From the IMG/VR virus record IMGVR_UViG_3300042868_010004, positions 1-64,000 of that record: 64,000 nt of DNA. One strand, 5' to 3'. Below the pieces are notes generated by a model. It was given only the letters and a program-made list of their open reading frames with translations. It had not been told where the DNA came from and searched no databases. Below, one piece after another: positions 11,022 through 22,027 of the stretch. Both the position numbers and the translations under genes were made by a program. This stretch comes from a virus. Position 1 is the first letter of the stretch. Each line of letters starts with the position of its first letter.

Positions 11022-11113
11022 GCAAGCGTATGCCGCCGTGGTTCTAACGCGGATAAAGCTAATTGGAATGAGATAATTTCAAATGTGGGTTCGAGTCCCA
11101 CCGCTTTGCACCA
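11022..11113 (+). ncRNA. Atypical or degenerate tRNA-like element (92 nt)
   Basis: Canonical T-arm GTGGG-TTCGAGT-CCCAC, A-CCA end and an acceptor with one bulged T, but no canonical D-arm or anticodon arm. Internal hairpins: CCGTG-GTTCTAA-CGCGG and TTGGAAT-GAGATA-ATTTCAA. Confidence 0.7.
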
Positions 11114-11130
11114 CTTTTATAAGCTCTTAT

Positions 11131-11205
11131 TGGCGAATAGCATAATGGTAGTGCCGAGCACTCATAATGCTTAAGGTATCAGTTCGACCCTGATTTCGCC
11201 AACCA
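11131..11205 (+). tRNA. tRNA with CAT anticodon (elongator Met or Ile2)
   Basis: TGGCGAA/TTCGCCA acceptor, GAGCA-CT CAT AA-TGCTT, ATCAG-TTCGACC-CTGAT, A-CCA end. It lacks the initiator 3GC pairs and the 1:72 mismatch. Confidence 0.92.
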
Positions 11206-11223
11206 CTTTATTATTAATTAGTT

Positions 11224-13414
11224 ATGAAAACATTTGAAGAATTGTCCGAAAAGGAAAAGATCGACCTTGAAAACGCCATGCCATTAGGATTGGTTGAAGT
11301 CCACTGCCCTTGGTGGTGCAAAGGCCATTGGGAAGATAAAATCAGAGGACCATTTTTTGATGAGGCATTTTATCGGCTGAAAGAAAAAAAAGCATTATGA
11401 AAACCAAATCCAAAACCAAAGAATACTCCCACGACTCCGAAGATCATATCAAATACTGGTATAACAGAACTACTCGCTGGTGGGAGGTTTACGATTATCT
11501 GAGAGGTGATTGGGTTGGATTTAATTTCAAGCATAAAATAGACGCACAGAACGCCGCTCATTATCATTACGAGAACGGAATCTATGCTTACGCGAATGGT
11601 GTTTTTGGTAATCCTTTGACCCGAAAAGATGTCTCGACTTGGGCCATGACAACCAAGAATGAAAAGAAATTCACTAAAATCACCCGGATAGACGGAAAAG
11701 AATTTACATGGGTAGGAATTGGCTGGGTATAACAAATAAAAATTAAATTAATTTGCGCTATGAATAACAATCTTCAAAACGACATAGAAAAATTAGAGCG
11801 CGAAAATAAAATCTTCCGCCGGTTGCTCGCCCTATCTTACTCCGGGGCCGGAAATTTATATCACGACGACGGCGAATTGCAAGACTCCTCCTCTGTGCCT
11901 TTAATTGATTTCCGGAGGGATTCCGCCGAGGAGATTGAAGATAAGATTCAGCAAAGGGGTCTGAATTGCTTGAAAGAAGAATTGTCTCGCAATCCGAATT
12001 TTTGGGAAGACCTGAAAAAACCGAAAATCCAGCCTTGACGCGCCCGCAATCTCTTGTCAGTCTTCCGATATGAAATCCCTAGGATCATATAACTCCTTCC
12101 CCTACTATTTCTTAACGGATAATCCTTCCGACTTTTATGTATTCCGGCGGCTCTCAAAAGATGGCGGAGGAGAGTGCTCTGGTTGGATTAAAGGGCGGGC
12201 CGACCTCTGGCATAAACTTTTTAACATGAAAGACAAAACGGAATTCCGCGCCCTCTGTGATCGAATTTTTGAATGCCGTCCGAAGAATATTCTTTCGGGG
12301 CAGAATAGTTTTAAGGAATGACAGACCGGAAGGAGAGATTTCCAAAATGAAAACACTACAAATTAAGCGCTTGGCCCTCTTCTGCAATATAGATCGTTGG
12401 ACTTGGCTCGGCTATTCAGTTGCTAAAGACGGGCATAATATCATTGGGTCAATCTGTTTTTTGACTTTGGAGTTCGGTTTTGAATATGTCTGGAAAAACT
12501 TTGAAGAAAACGGAAAAAGAAAAAAATATTTTTGGAATTTGGCGAAAATTTAAAACAAGCCACAAAAATCTGTCTTGACTCCGACCCGCCTTCCATCCAG
12601 CCTCTCCCCATGTCCGAACGAACTTCATACGATCATCCCGCTCAAACCTACACCGATGTTTGCCCGGAGAATGGCGCTACAAAATTCGGCTTTCTGAATA
12701 AATGGGAGAAGACTAATTCATGGTTTTACAAGCTTCCGAATGGCGAATTTGGCTGTTATCCAGCGGCTCACTCTTCTATATTTGAGCCCGAACGGACGGA
12801 CTCCGGGTATGAGAAGACAACGGTTGCCGAAATACGGAATGGCCCACTTCTGGGCTTTTACTCCGAGAGATTCATGGTTAATTCAAACACGAAGATTGCT
12901 ATGAGGCAGATTGAACGGAGAATTCATAAGCTTCTTGCTGACAAGGAGTGGAAGAGAGAAAATGCAAGAAAGGCAATGATTTAGTCTTGACTCCCATTTG
13001 TCTTCCGTCCAGTCTCATACACGAACAAAACAAATAATGAAAACAAAACAAATCGCATTCTGGCGGCATGATACATTTCCCTTTTGCCTTTGGGGTGAAA
13101 TTCTGAACGAAAATACAGGCTATGGAAATGAATGACGCAGACCGTTTTGTATGGATGGCCAAGCACTTCCAAATGTTTCGACTCGTAATTGGCGGGGCGA
13201 CACTGAAATATTTCGGACCAACGGGCGATATTGAATTATGAAATGGGAAGAATTACATAAACCAGACTTGTCAAAACCTGTTGCAAGAATTTCTAAAGAA
13301 GCCGCCGAACTTTTTGATGATGATTCGTTGGTTGCTCTTTTGATTTCTCGCGGTGTTAACATGAAAAGGAAAACAAAAATTGACGAACATGGGCAAGTGT
13401 TTTACCTTGAATGA
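11224..13414 (+). CDS. Small hypothetical proteins: 11224-11400, 11397-11732, 11760-12038, 12070-12321, 12347-12553, 12610-12984, 13037-13135, 13122-13241, 13238-13414
   Basis: ATGA-coupled or promoter-proximal ORFs; several are below the ORF-track length cut-off and were read manually. Confidence 0.65.
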
Positions 13415-13908
13415 TGACCCCTCCGATTAAAATAATTCATGTCCGCCAACAAACGGATTATACATGTGGCGCGGCATCATTCGGAATGCTATTTGGTATT
13501 TCCGAGGCAGAGGCCGCTCGGCTGGTCCGAACGGATAAATCGGGAACCCATGTCGGAGATGTTATGAGCTGCCTGAGAGATAAAGAGATACCTCACGAAA
13601 TCATTAATCTGAATAAAGATTTCGAACTGGTAATCCCCGATCTGATTACGGTCTCTCTGAAATTCCCAGTGTATGTCTCTGGATTATTCAAAGACAGAAA
13701 ATTCAGTAAAGGCCGTTGCCGCGAGCGCCGCCATGCTTTTGTCTTGTCTGACAGATTGATTTACGATCCCGGAGAGGATCGAGAGATGACTTGGGAATCA
13801 TTTCGATCTGTTTTCAATCACTCTCTGACGATCAATTCGGCAATCATAATTGACATTGAATGCCCGAACTTTCTGAAAAACAGTCGAGAAAATCCTCTCG
13901 CTGCATGA
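13411..13908 (+). CDS. C39-like cysteine peptidase
   Basis: RQQTDYTCGAAS catalytic-Cys motif, with HAFV and YDP downstream. Confidence 0.75.
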   Translation: MMTPPIKIIHVRQQTDYTCGAASFGMLFGISEAEAARLVRTDKSGTHVGDVMSCLRDKEIPHEIINLNKDFELVIPDLITVSLKFPVYVSGLFKDRKFSKGRCRERRHAFVLSDRLIYDPGEDREMTWESFRSVFNHSLTINSAIIIDIECPNFLKNSRENPLAA

Positions 13909-14052
13909 AAACCTAATATTATTTTGACCCCTGAATATTTATATCTGTTCGTCCTTGTTCTGATTCTTGGGAAAATGATCGGGCCAATAGACCAAAAAGA
14001 CAAAAATACAAAAAAAACGAGTATTCCTGAAAAATTCCGAAAAAACACTTGA
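13905..14052 (+). pseudogene. Probable small membrane protein with a +1 frameshift in ATGAAAA, or an intact gene with a TTG start at 13924
   Basis: ATGA-coupled start followed by AAA ACC TAA. The +1 frame reads KPNIILTPEYLYLFVLVLILGK... and ends in the TGA of the 14049 -35 box. Confidence 0.45.
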
Positions 14053-14141
14053 CCAGTTCGGCTCCGTCTGTCAGTATTTGAATCGTTAGACAAACACAAA
14101 CCAAAACACAAACCCGTTAGAATCAAATAAAAATCCGAAAA

Positions 14142-14693
14142 ATGAACGCCCCCGTAGTTCTAAATAGTAAAGTCAGCCCACGAGTGAATCACCAGAGCAA
14201 CATTTTGAGTGCCATGGACGAGATTGCCCGCGCGACAGAAAACTTGGAGAAGGTTAATTCCCGGTATCGTTATACAGTCATGGTCGGAAACAAATATGCC
14301 TTCCGCGATACTAATTCTCCAAAGCGTTACTCTTTGTCCGATAAGCCTTTTTACTTCTATCAAGAATCGCTGGCAAGGGATTGCCTCCGTAGTTTGCCGG
14401 GCCGACCTGTCTTTAATGCGGAGCTGATGACAAACAATTAGACAGTCCCCAAACGGTTCCGCGTTATGAAGGTTTTATCTGTCAATCTATCCTATTTGGA
14501 AAATCTGAAATTCAAACTCAGAGAGCTGGAAGAGAATGGGTATTTTTTGTGGTTTGATTTTGAACTTTCTGACTGGTCCTGTTTTAAGGGTGAAAAATGG
14601 GAGGACTCGTTCGATATTTCCGGCTGGGTTGTCAGTGGGCAAGATAAAAATCAGGTGATAGAAACGGCTTTTCTCTATCTGTGGACGCGCTGA
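14142..14693 (+). CDS. Two hypothetical proteins (14142-14441, 14466-14693)
   Basis: ORFs downstream of the promoter at 14049. Confidence 0.7.
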
Positions 14694-14713
14694 ATCAGAG
14701 TTGATTGGCTTGT

Positions 14714-15127
14714 ATGAATACTCGAATATACAATCGCGCGATTGAAATTGCTACCGCCCTAAAAACAAAAAAGACCGGAAAATCCCATCATTGTTGTTTA
14801 ATTTATAGGAAAGGTAAAACAGTTGCAATAGGGATTAATGACTATACAAAGGCTCATAATTCAAATCGTTTTGGCCGATACGAGAATCATAAGGGTTATC
14901 TGACCGAATATAGAGCCTGTAGGCACGCGGAACTGTCTGCCGTTATCCGCTATGGCGAGGAAGATTTAAGTGATTGTGAAATGCTGGTGGTCCGAATTGA
15001 CAAAGATAATAATCCAACCCTTTCCCGCCCTTGTCCGAACTGCGCTCGCGTTGTTGGTGGACTAAATATTAAGAAGGTCTTCTATTCGGATTCGGATGGG
15101 AATTTTATTCAAGACGAAAGATTTTAA
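14714..15127 (+). CDS. Zn-dependent cytidine/dCMP-deaminase-fold protein
   Basis: HAE (RHAELSAV) and SRPCPNC motifs, and KKVFYS. Confidence 0.85.
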   Translation: MNTRIYNRAIEIATALKTKKTGKSHHCCLIYRKGKTVAIGINDYTKAHNSNRFGRYENHKGYLTEYRACRHAELSAVIRYGEEDLSDCEMLVVRIDKDNNPTLSRPCPNCARVVGGLNIKKVFYSDSDGNFIQDERF

Positions 15128-15362
15128 TTATGACATTCAAAATTAAAACGCATTGCAAGTTTTTTCAAGGTTGGCCAATTTCTTGGTTTGAACCGTGCAG
15201 TTATTTAGAGTGTGAGGGATTAGTTATAAAAGATGGCTCTTTATGGTTGCCGGGCAGAGGAGATTATGTTTGCGCGTTCCGAATGAAGGACAAATACAGG
15301 AAGAAGGCGGGATGGTAAAGAAAACCTCTTGACTCTTTCCAAAAGTCAGTCATAGTCCAGTC

Positions 15363-15977
15363 ATGAACACTAAAACCCGAACCCTGATTGTCTCCGCCCT
15401 CATTCTCTCCTCCTGCACTCCCGCGCCCGCACAAATCCGCGAGTGGACAAACCCTGATGGGCAAATAATTCGGGCTGAAGTCATTGAAAGGCCGGACCAG
15501 AACACGATTACAATCAAGCGGGAAGACGGCCTGATTTTCACGGTTCAGAATGACCGATTTTCGGACGCCGATCAGGTATTCATTCGGTCTTTACCGGTTG
15601 TTAAGACTTTTGATGACAAAGAATTGGGAGAGATTTTCCGGGCGAAGTTCCCCAAAATTAAAATTTCCGCGCCTCTCCCGTCTGATTACGAACCGCTCGC
15701 CCGCCTTCAGAAAGAGTATGAAAGAGAGTTTGGTAATCTCCGTTCGGATACTTATAAAGTCAATCTGAGGGTAACTCTGAATAAAATTAAACGCTCAAAA
15801 GAGCATTATTCCGTAATTGCAAATTCAGATTTCCGCGCCCCGACAAAAGGTTTTTCCGGGGTGTATTCTGGGGGCTCCCCGGCTTGGAAAGAAGGTTTGG
15901 CGGCTCGCGCGGCTTTGGTTTGGCTGGGGGAGCTTGAAAAGATGATTCAGACGGAATATAAGGTTCGGGTAGATTGA
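15363..15977 (+). CDS. Predicted lipoprotein with an SHD1 (SLA1 homology 1) domain
   Basis: Signal peptide with lipobox LILSSC; REWTNPDGQIIRAEVI...TITIKREDG..FTV...RFSDADQVFI. Confidence 0.7.
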   Translation: MNTKTRTLIVSALILSSCTPAPAQIREWTNPDGQIIRAEVIERPDQNTITIKREDGLIFTVQNDRFSDADQVFIRSLPVVKTFDDKELGEIFRAKFPKIKISAPLPSDYEPLARLQKEYEREFGNLRSDTYKVNLRVTLNKIKRSKEHYSVIANSDFRAPTKGFSGVYSGGSPAWKEGLAARAALVWLGELEKMIQTEYKVRVD

Positions 15978-16023
15978 AGAAAGTTTTCCTTGACCTTACC
16001 CCCAAAAACGCAATCCTTCCGTT

Positions 16024-16599
16024 ATGGAATCAGAAAGACAAGCTGCGTATAAAAATTATCTCCAAACCGAACACTGGAAGAATAAAAGACTGGAAGTTTT
16101 AAAAGAAAGGGGTAGTATTTGTGAAAAATGCAAAGAATGGGGTAATGAAATCCATCATTTGACCTATGAGAATATGTGGAACGAGCCCCTTTCCGATTTA
16201 CAGGTTTTATGCCGAGATTGTCATGAGGCAACCCACAGAGCTTTGACTTGTATTAAAATTTCTGATGGCGTAAAAAACTCCAAAACAAAGAATCTTGCCA
16301 AGCTAAAAATTAGCAGAGGTGCCTTAGCTCACTCTATATCATATAAACAATTGGAGTTTGTTTGCAAAAAATTAAACCAGTGGGACGGGGTTGGAATTTT
16401 TCGTAATGATACGCCCGAAACGGTTTTGGATATTATTCGATTTTCTTTTGACGAGGAAAATATAGAGGTAATTAGTGAGGCTGCTAAAATATTAGGCTTT
16501 AAAGATTATTTTCCTAAAAAATTAAAGCAGAAAAATCCGTCCAAACATAATAATCATTACAATGGCAGCCCAACGTATAAAACAGCGGCGAGTCTCTAG
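16024..16599 (+). CDS. HNH endonuclease-domain protein
   Basis: YLQTEHWKNKR...CEKC...EIHHLTY...DLQVLCRDCHEATH. Confidence 0.85.
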   Translation: MESERQAAYKNYLQTEHWKNKRLEVLKERGSICEKCKEWGNEIHHLTYENMWNEPLSDLQVLCRDCHEATHRALTCIKISDGVKNSKTKNLAKLKISRGALAHSISYKQLEFVCKKLNQWDGVGIFRNDTPETVLDIIRFSFDEENIEVISEAAKILGFKDYFPKKLKQKNPSKHNNHYNGSPTYKTAASL

Positions 16600-16672
16600 T
16601 CAAATCCCTTGACAGACAGCCCGGCTACGGATAAAGTCTTGTCTGTAAACCAAAAAAACAAACCAAAAAATC

Positions 16673-19600
16673 ATGAACTTTAAAGTAATCAACCGAAATC
16701 CGGGCCATTGGGATATTTACGCTTTCAATTACTCTTTCGATCATCGTGTGGCTGCGATTCGCGGGGGAGGTAATCAAGTTGAACTTCGGGCCGAAAAAGA
16801 ACCATTCAAACAAAATATGACCTTTCCTTCCGTTGAATCCTGTATGTCTTATATTTGCGCGACTCTGATGAAGGAATAAAAGAAATGCCAAATTATGAAA
16901 AATTTTGTAAATGATGCCTTCGCTTCTTCTTCTTCTTGAATTAATTCAATCGCGAAAGAAATTCATTATCTAGCCCAAGCATTTAATATAACTGGGAACA
17001 CAATGATGTCTGACCGTCTTTTTGGTCTGGCTGATTTGTTGACAACGGAGGCCGAAGAGGTGAAAAGTATTTGTTCGGAGAAGGTTGACGAAGATTTCCG
17101 GGAAAGTCAGAAGGGCTTGGGTCAGATACTAACCGCTCTCGTCCATAAAAACTAAAAATATGAAAGCCCTGATACATAAAGATACCGAAATCAACTGGAA
17201 GACCGTTTGTTACAATCGGGCATGGCTCGGCCATATCACAATCATGCAGGAATTAGCTCAGAAGCTCGCCTATCCGTTTTTTATGTGGAACGGTTGGATT
17301 TTCAGCACAGAGGATGGAGAAGACACAGGATTCGCTATTAAGGATTTGGAGAATTGATTCCGACATGAATATCTCATTCGACACCACCAAAATTCAAGAC
17401 CCGAATAAATTCGGAGAACTTTTGCGCGAATATTTCTTCACAAAAGAGGGAATTGGCTGTTATTCAAACTTTGAGGTCGAACCTTTTATGTTTCAGGGCG
17501 AGCCTCCTGCAAGTATCAAAGAATTTTTCGGAGACTGCGAGAATGCAATTCATTTTTATATCTCTCGGGATAATCAAAGTCTTTGGCTGGCTTGGACATG
17601 GGACGGTGATGGCACGCTGATTGTTAGCGATGGGGAGAGAAGCGCGGAGAATCATGATTGTAAGAAGGGCTATGGCTGGAGGTTCTTATACTGATTTACG
17701 AATTTTTTATCTTGCAAATCAATCCATCTGGACTTAATATCTGTCTGCCATGAAAACCAAATTAAATACATTCGCCGAGAAAATTCGTGCGGAGAAATCA
17801 CTAGTAGAAGAAAAATACGCGCCACAGATCAGAAACCATATTTTACAAATTTTTAACAAAGCCAAAATTAAGGATAAAAAACTTGAAGGCGTTAAAGTAA
17901 TTTGCGGGATTGTTTTTCTAAACGGTTTTTATCGAACTAATTACGGATCGGATGAAAAGGTGGAGTTTTTTAATTGGCGGGATTATAATCAGGATTGCTG
18001 GCCTGAATTTGAGGAGACTCAATTTTTGTTTGACATCCTTCGTGAATACGAACAGGGTCTTTGTAGTGAATTTCCCTACATAGAGAACATTAAATGAGTT
18101 CCATCCAACAAACCTGTAAATGCGGCACGGTTTATTTCGCCCGTGAGGCCGACCTGAAACGTGGATGGGGGAAATCCTGTTCAAAGCGTTGCGCGGCAAT
18201 TAAACGGACTAAGCAAGAGAGGGCCAGAAATCACAAGCTGGCCCCCGCTTCATTGAAATATAGGAACCGCCCAGAGGAATTATATGTCGGGAGCCGCTTG
18301 TGGAATGAATTAAGTGATGATTGGAGTTGGGACGCACATAAAAATGAATACTGATGAATTGATAGAAATACAGAAAGAACTCAAAAGCCCAATCGGCAAA
18401 CCCGCCGAGTATGTTGTTACAAAAATCTTGCAAAAGAAGGGGCAGTTATGCCGAATTAAATACGCCCGACCACTCAGAATACGGAAGGAGTTTCAATCAG
18501 AGTATTCCGGGATGAAAATTACGGATGGGGTCTTCCGCGTTGGGATTTCGTATGATAATACAAAGGCGGTTCAAGAAAAGAGGCTGTCTGGTGAACTTCC
18601 GGCGGAGAATCAGGGGCTCAGAAATAGAGTCTGGCTTGTTCCTAATTATCTGATGAAGGGAAAGGATGATAAGCTCTTGGTCCGGATATATACTGTTCGG
18701 AACGCTTATCGTCGGATTTATTATGAACTGAACTCTGAAATGATTGATTTCGAGACTCTTCAGGGAATGAATGTTTGTCTAGCCTCTGAATTTGTAATCA
18801 AGCCGGACTTGGTTTCATTTGATTTAGAGGTCGATCATATATTAGAAATGACTTAAAAATACAGAAAAACTCTATAAAGGACTTGACAATATGCACGGGC
18901 CGAGTTATTGTCTGAATCGTAACACAAACACAATCTGAATATGAACTACGCAATCAAACTCAAGTCCGGTAAATACCTCGGGGAAGACGAGCCTACTAAA
19001 TATTTTTCCGAAGCCGGGATATTCACTCTGGAAGAGGCCGAGCGAATTGTTAATCTTAAGGAGGGTGAGAAAATTGTCAGCGAGGAAGATATTGATTCCG
19101 AAATTGGCATGTCAATCGCCACCTGTCTATCCCTGACTCAAAAACCGAATGGCCGGTTTGATACTCTTTGGGGCGACAAGACGCCCGCCGGTTTGGCCCG
19201 GACTATTAAACGGATTATTGAGGAAAGCTGAATCAAACCGAATTCCAAATATGAGGATTTGAAACTAATTACGGAGTAAAAATGAAAAATCCAATAGAAA
19301 AGATTAATGCTCTTGGCTATGTTTATTCGGGACACCACCACGAAGTAGATATAACTTATTTTAAACATCCTTCTGGCGCGACCATTCAAATTGGCTCAGA
19401 TGCTTTTCGGACGCTGGAATGTCAAATAGAGAGGTCCGAAGAGAACATAATGCGTTATGAAAAAATGAATAAAGCATTTGAAATTTTGAAAGAAAGATTT
19501 AAAGGGTGCTCTATTCCATTACCTGATTTTATTAACGGAGAATGGATTTTTACCGTATGGACAAGCGGGATTTCCTGTAAAACATTTACGGATAAAGAGG

Positions 19601-21528
19601 TCTTAACCGCTTGACAAAACCAGAATTCCAGCCATTCTTTTATCTGAAACGAATAAAAACCAATGAATACACAAGTAAAACAATCCACCGCTCCATCCAT
19701 CTATAATGATTCCGTCCGGGAATATCTAAAGTGGGCGCGAGCCCAACACGATCATACCCTGATCGAGCAAATTAAAACCCGTATCGGCGAGCAATTCCGA
19801 ATGGATTATATTAAAGGCGATCAAATCATTTATACAATCACTGATTCCTACCTTCTAAAACGCATCCACCTCGTAAATAAAATAATCCGTATTCGTAATT
19901 CAGTCCGAAAGATTGTCTCCGATTGTTGTGCGACGGCAAACGGCTCGCCCTATACAGATACAAAGGGCTGGTGGATCATCCCGATGGTAACTCAGGATAA
20001 AACGGTCGGCCTGATTAATATAGCCAAAGGAGTCGCCTTGGATACTGGCATTAAACTTTCCTGCGCTCAGATTGGAGAAATGGCCATACGGACAAAAAAA
20101 CTTCAGTCCGGCAATATGGCAGCAGAGGCTCATAATGCATCTTATCCCGAGGGTTGGATTCAACTTGTGGCTGATAGCAGGGGAGGTGAAGTTAAACCGA
20201 TTTCCGAATTTATGCCGAATGCCCGAATTGTAAAACACGGACTCATGACTTGTTATAAGACAGAGGGTGGGCCAAATGAAAATTTTGAGACGGCTTGTGG
20301 TTGGCCGCGCGAACAATATTCTCCATTTTGCGAGGGATCAGAGAAGAAAGTCGCTTGACAAAATCGGAATTTCTGTCAGAGTTCTAAATGTAACAACGAA
20401 ACACTCATGAAAACTTCAACCAGCACGAAAACAAATCTTCTTTCCGTATTCTGCGAAAAAGTTCCAACTTCTGACCCTCTCGGAATTATGAGGGGAAGTC
20501 GGAATTATGATGTTCGGATTTGGGCCGATAAAGAGAAGACTCAGCAGAAAGCAATCTTCTCTTGGTTCCAAAAATCTAAGCCGACCCACCGTAATAAATA
20601 TCTGACGCTGAATTGCTTCCGTTGGGAGATTGTTTGGTTGAACTAAAAATACAAACCTCTCCGTCATGAAAATCCGCTCCTACGATTACTTTGCCCTCGG
20701 CTGCATGGTTCTGATAACATCGGGATTCATATCCTCAATGTTTTATGCGATCTATCGCTATATAGCCCGATAGGAAATAAAAATGTTTATCCAGCCTCAT
20801 AAATACTCTGTCTGTCTTGCCTCTCAATCCGGATATACAAAACGGAAATACGGTTTTATCATTCGGATTGACCCGCCGATCCCCTGTGTGTCCCCGACTG
20901 GAAAAAAGTATTCCCAAAGGTTCGCCCGCTGGTTTAAATACAAGCAGGACGCGGAAAAAGAAGCCCGGCAACTAAATCAATTCTGAGACGGAAACTACAA
21001 GTAAGGCAAAAAGAAACAAACAAATGAATAAACAAATTTCCCCCGGAGAACTTCATTCTGGAATGATTGTAACCGTGCTTGAAAACAAGCCGTTCATTCA
21101 GCAACAGCCTTCGTTTTCCGACTCTTCCATTGAAACGATTGCCAAGACTGATAGAAGTGGAATGGGGGATGTTCATACAATTCTCGCCGTAGATCTTCCG
21201 TATGCGGTATTACGTAAAGAGGAGAGGGATAAAAGCAGTTATATCTACAAAATAGACACGCGGAGAACGTTTTTAATGGAGTTAGATCAGCAGTATGTTT
21301 TTGCTCTTTGTCCTCACTTGAAACCGATTAATGCATAAAAGGTTAGAGGGATTTATTATGCAAACCGTAATAATGTATCGGGTTCTTCAGACACAAAAAA
21401 ATCGGGATTGGTATAAACCCTTGGTAGGTCGCCTTTTAAATGAAGCTCAATTTTCCGAGGTATTATGTCCTTTCTGGATTGACATACAGAAGATTGAATG
21501 TCAGGTTAGGGACGTAACATCAGACTGA
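16673..21528 (+). CDS. Small hypothetical proteins: 16673-16879, 17160-17357, 17365-17694, 17750-18097, 18094-18354 (CxC...CSxxC Zn-ribbon), 18344-18856, 18941-19231, 19282-19614, 19663-20358, 20407-20646, 20666-20773, 20783-20986, 21024-21338, 21331-21528
   Basis: Co-directional ORFs, 1-3 per promoter. Confidence 0.7.
16895..17155 (+). pseudogene. 86-codon gene with an in-frame TGA at 16937-16939
   Basis: MKNFVNDAFASSSS*INSIAKEIHYLAQAF...LVHKN*; the frame stays open for 71 codons after the stop and ends 4 nt before the next ATG. Confidence 0.65.
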
Positions 21529-21532
21529 TCGT

Positions 21533-22027
21533 ATGAATATTCAGCCCGTCCTAGATTATATCAAAGAGAATTTCCGTTCGGAATTGAAGGCGACGGAGCT
21601 TGCCAAAAAATTCCGCCTGAATCGGTTTAACTTCAGTAAGACCTTCAACAGGGAAGTCGGCCAATCGTTTGACCGATACATTCAGGGTCTGAGATTTTCC
21701 GAATCCCGCCGACTAATTGATGAAGGTAAGAGCCCGAAAGAAGCCTGTTTTGAATCCGGCTTTCAATCCGAAAGTCAATTCCAGAGAGTCTTCCGTCAGA
21801 GAAACGGTCTGAGCCCGAAAGAATATCGGAAAGCTGGGATTGTTGAGAGATGGCAAATAGAGAAGGAATTACAAAAACTTCTTGCGGAATATATTCAATG
21901 TCTGAATGCTGGGGTGATTGGCTGGGGACTGTCTTTTAAGAAATGGCTGGAAGTCAATAATCATTATTTCATGATCGGAAATAATAAGTTTAAGAAAATT
22001 CGGAAGGCAGAGCTGAAAAGTGATTGA
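21533..22027 (+). CDS. Stand-alone AraC-family double HTH with a C-terminal extension
   Basis: YIKENF..EL...ELAKK..LNRFNFSKTF...G.SF..YI...R...GF.SESQFQRVFRQRNGLSPKEYRK. Confidence 0.9.
   Translation: MNIQPVLDYIKENFRSELKATELAKKFRLNRFNFSKTFNREVGQSFDRYIQGLRFSESRRLIDEGKSPKEACFESGFQSESQFQRVFRQRNGLSPKEYRKAGIVERWQIEKELQKLLAEYIQCLNAGVIGWGLSFKKWLEVNNHYFMIGNNKFKKIRKAELKSD

Noticed and set aside
11022-11113. Amber, opal, Sec or Pyl suppressor tRNA
   Set aside because: The CTA (TTCTAAC) and TCA (TTTCAAA) triplets are not centred in a paired 5-bp stem; the only good stem centres on TCT.
13037-13241. Frameshift fusion of 13037-13135 with 13122-13241
   Set aside because: Both have their own ATG, and no slippery site or family evidence supports joining them; left as two small ORFs.
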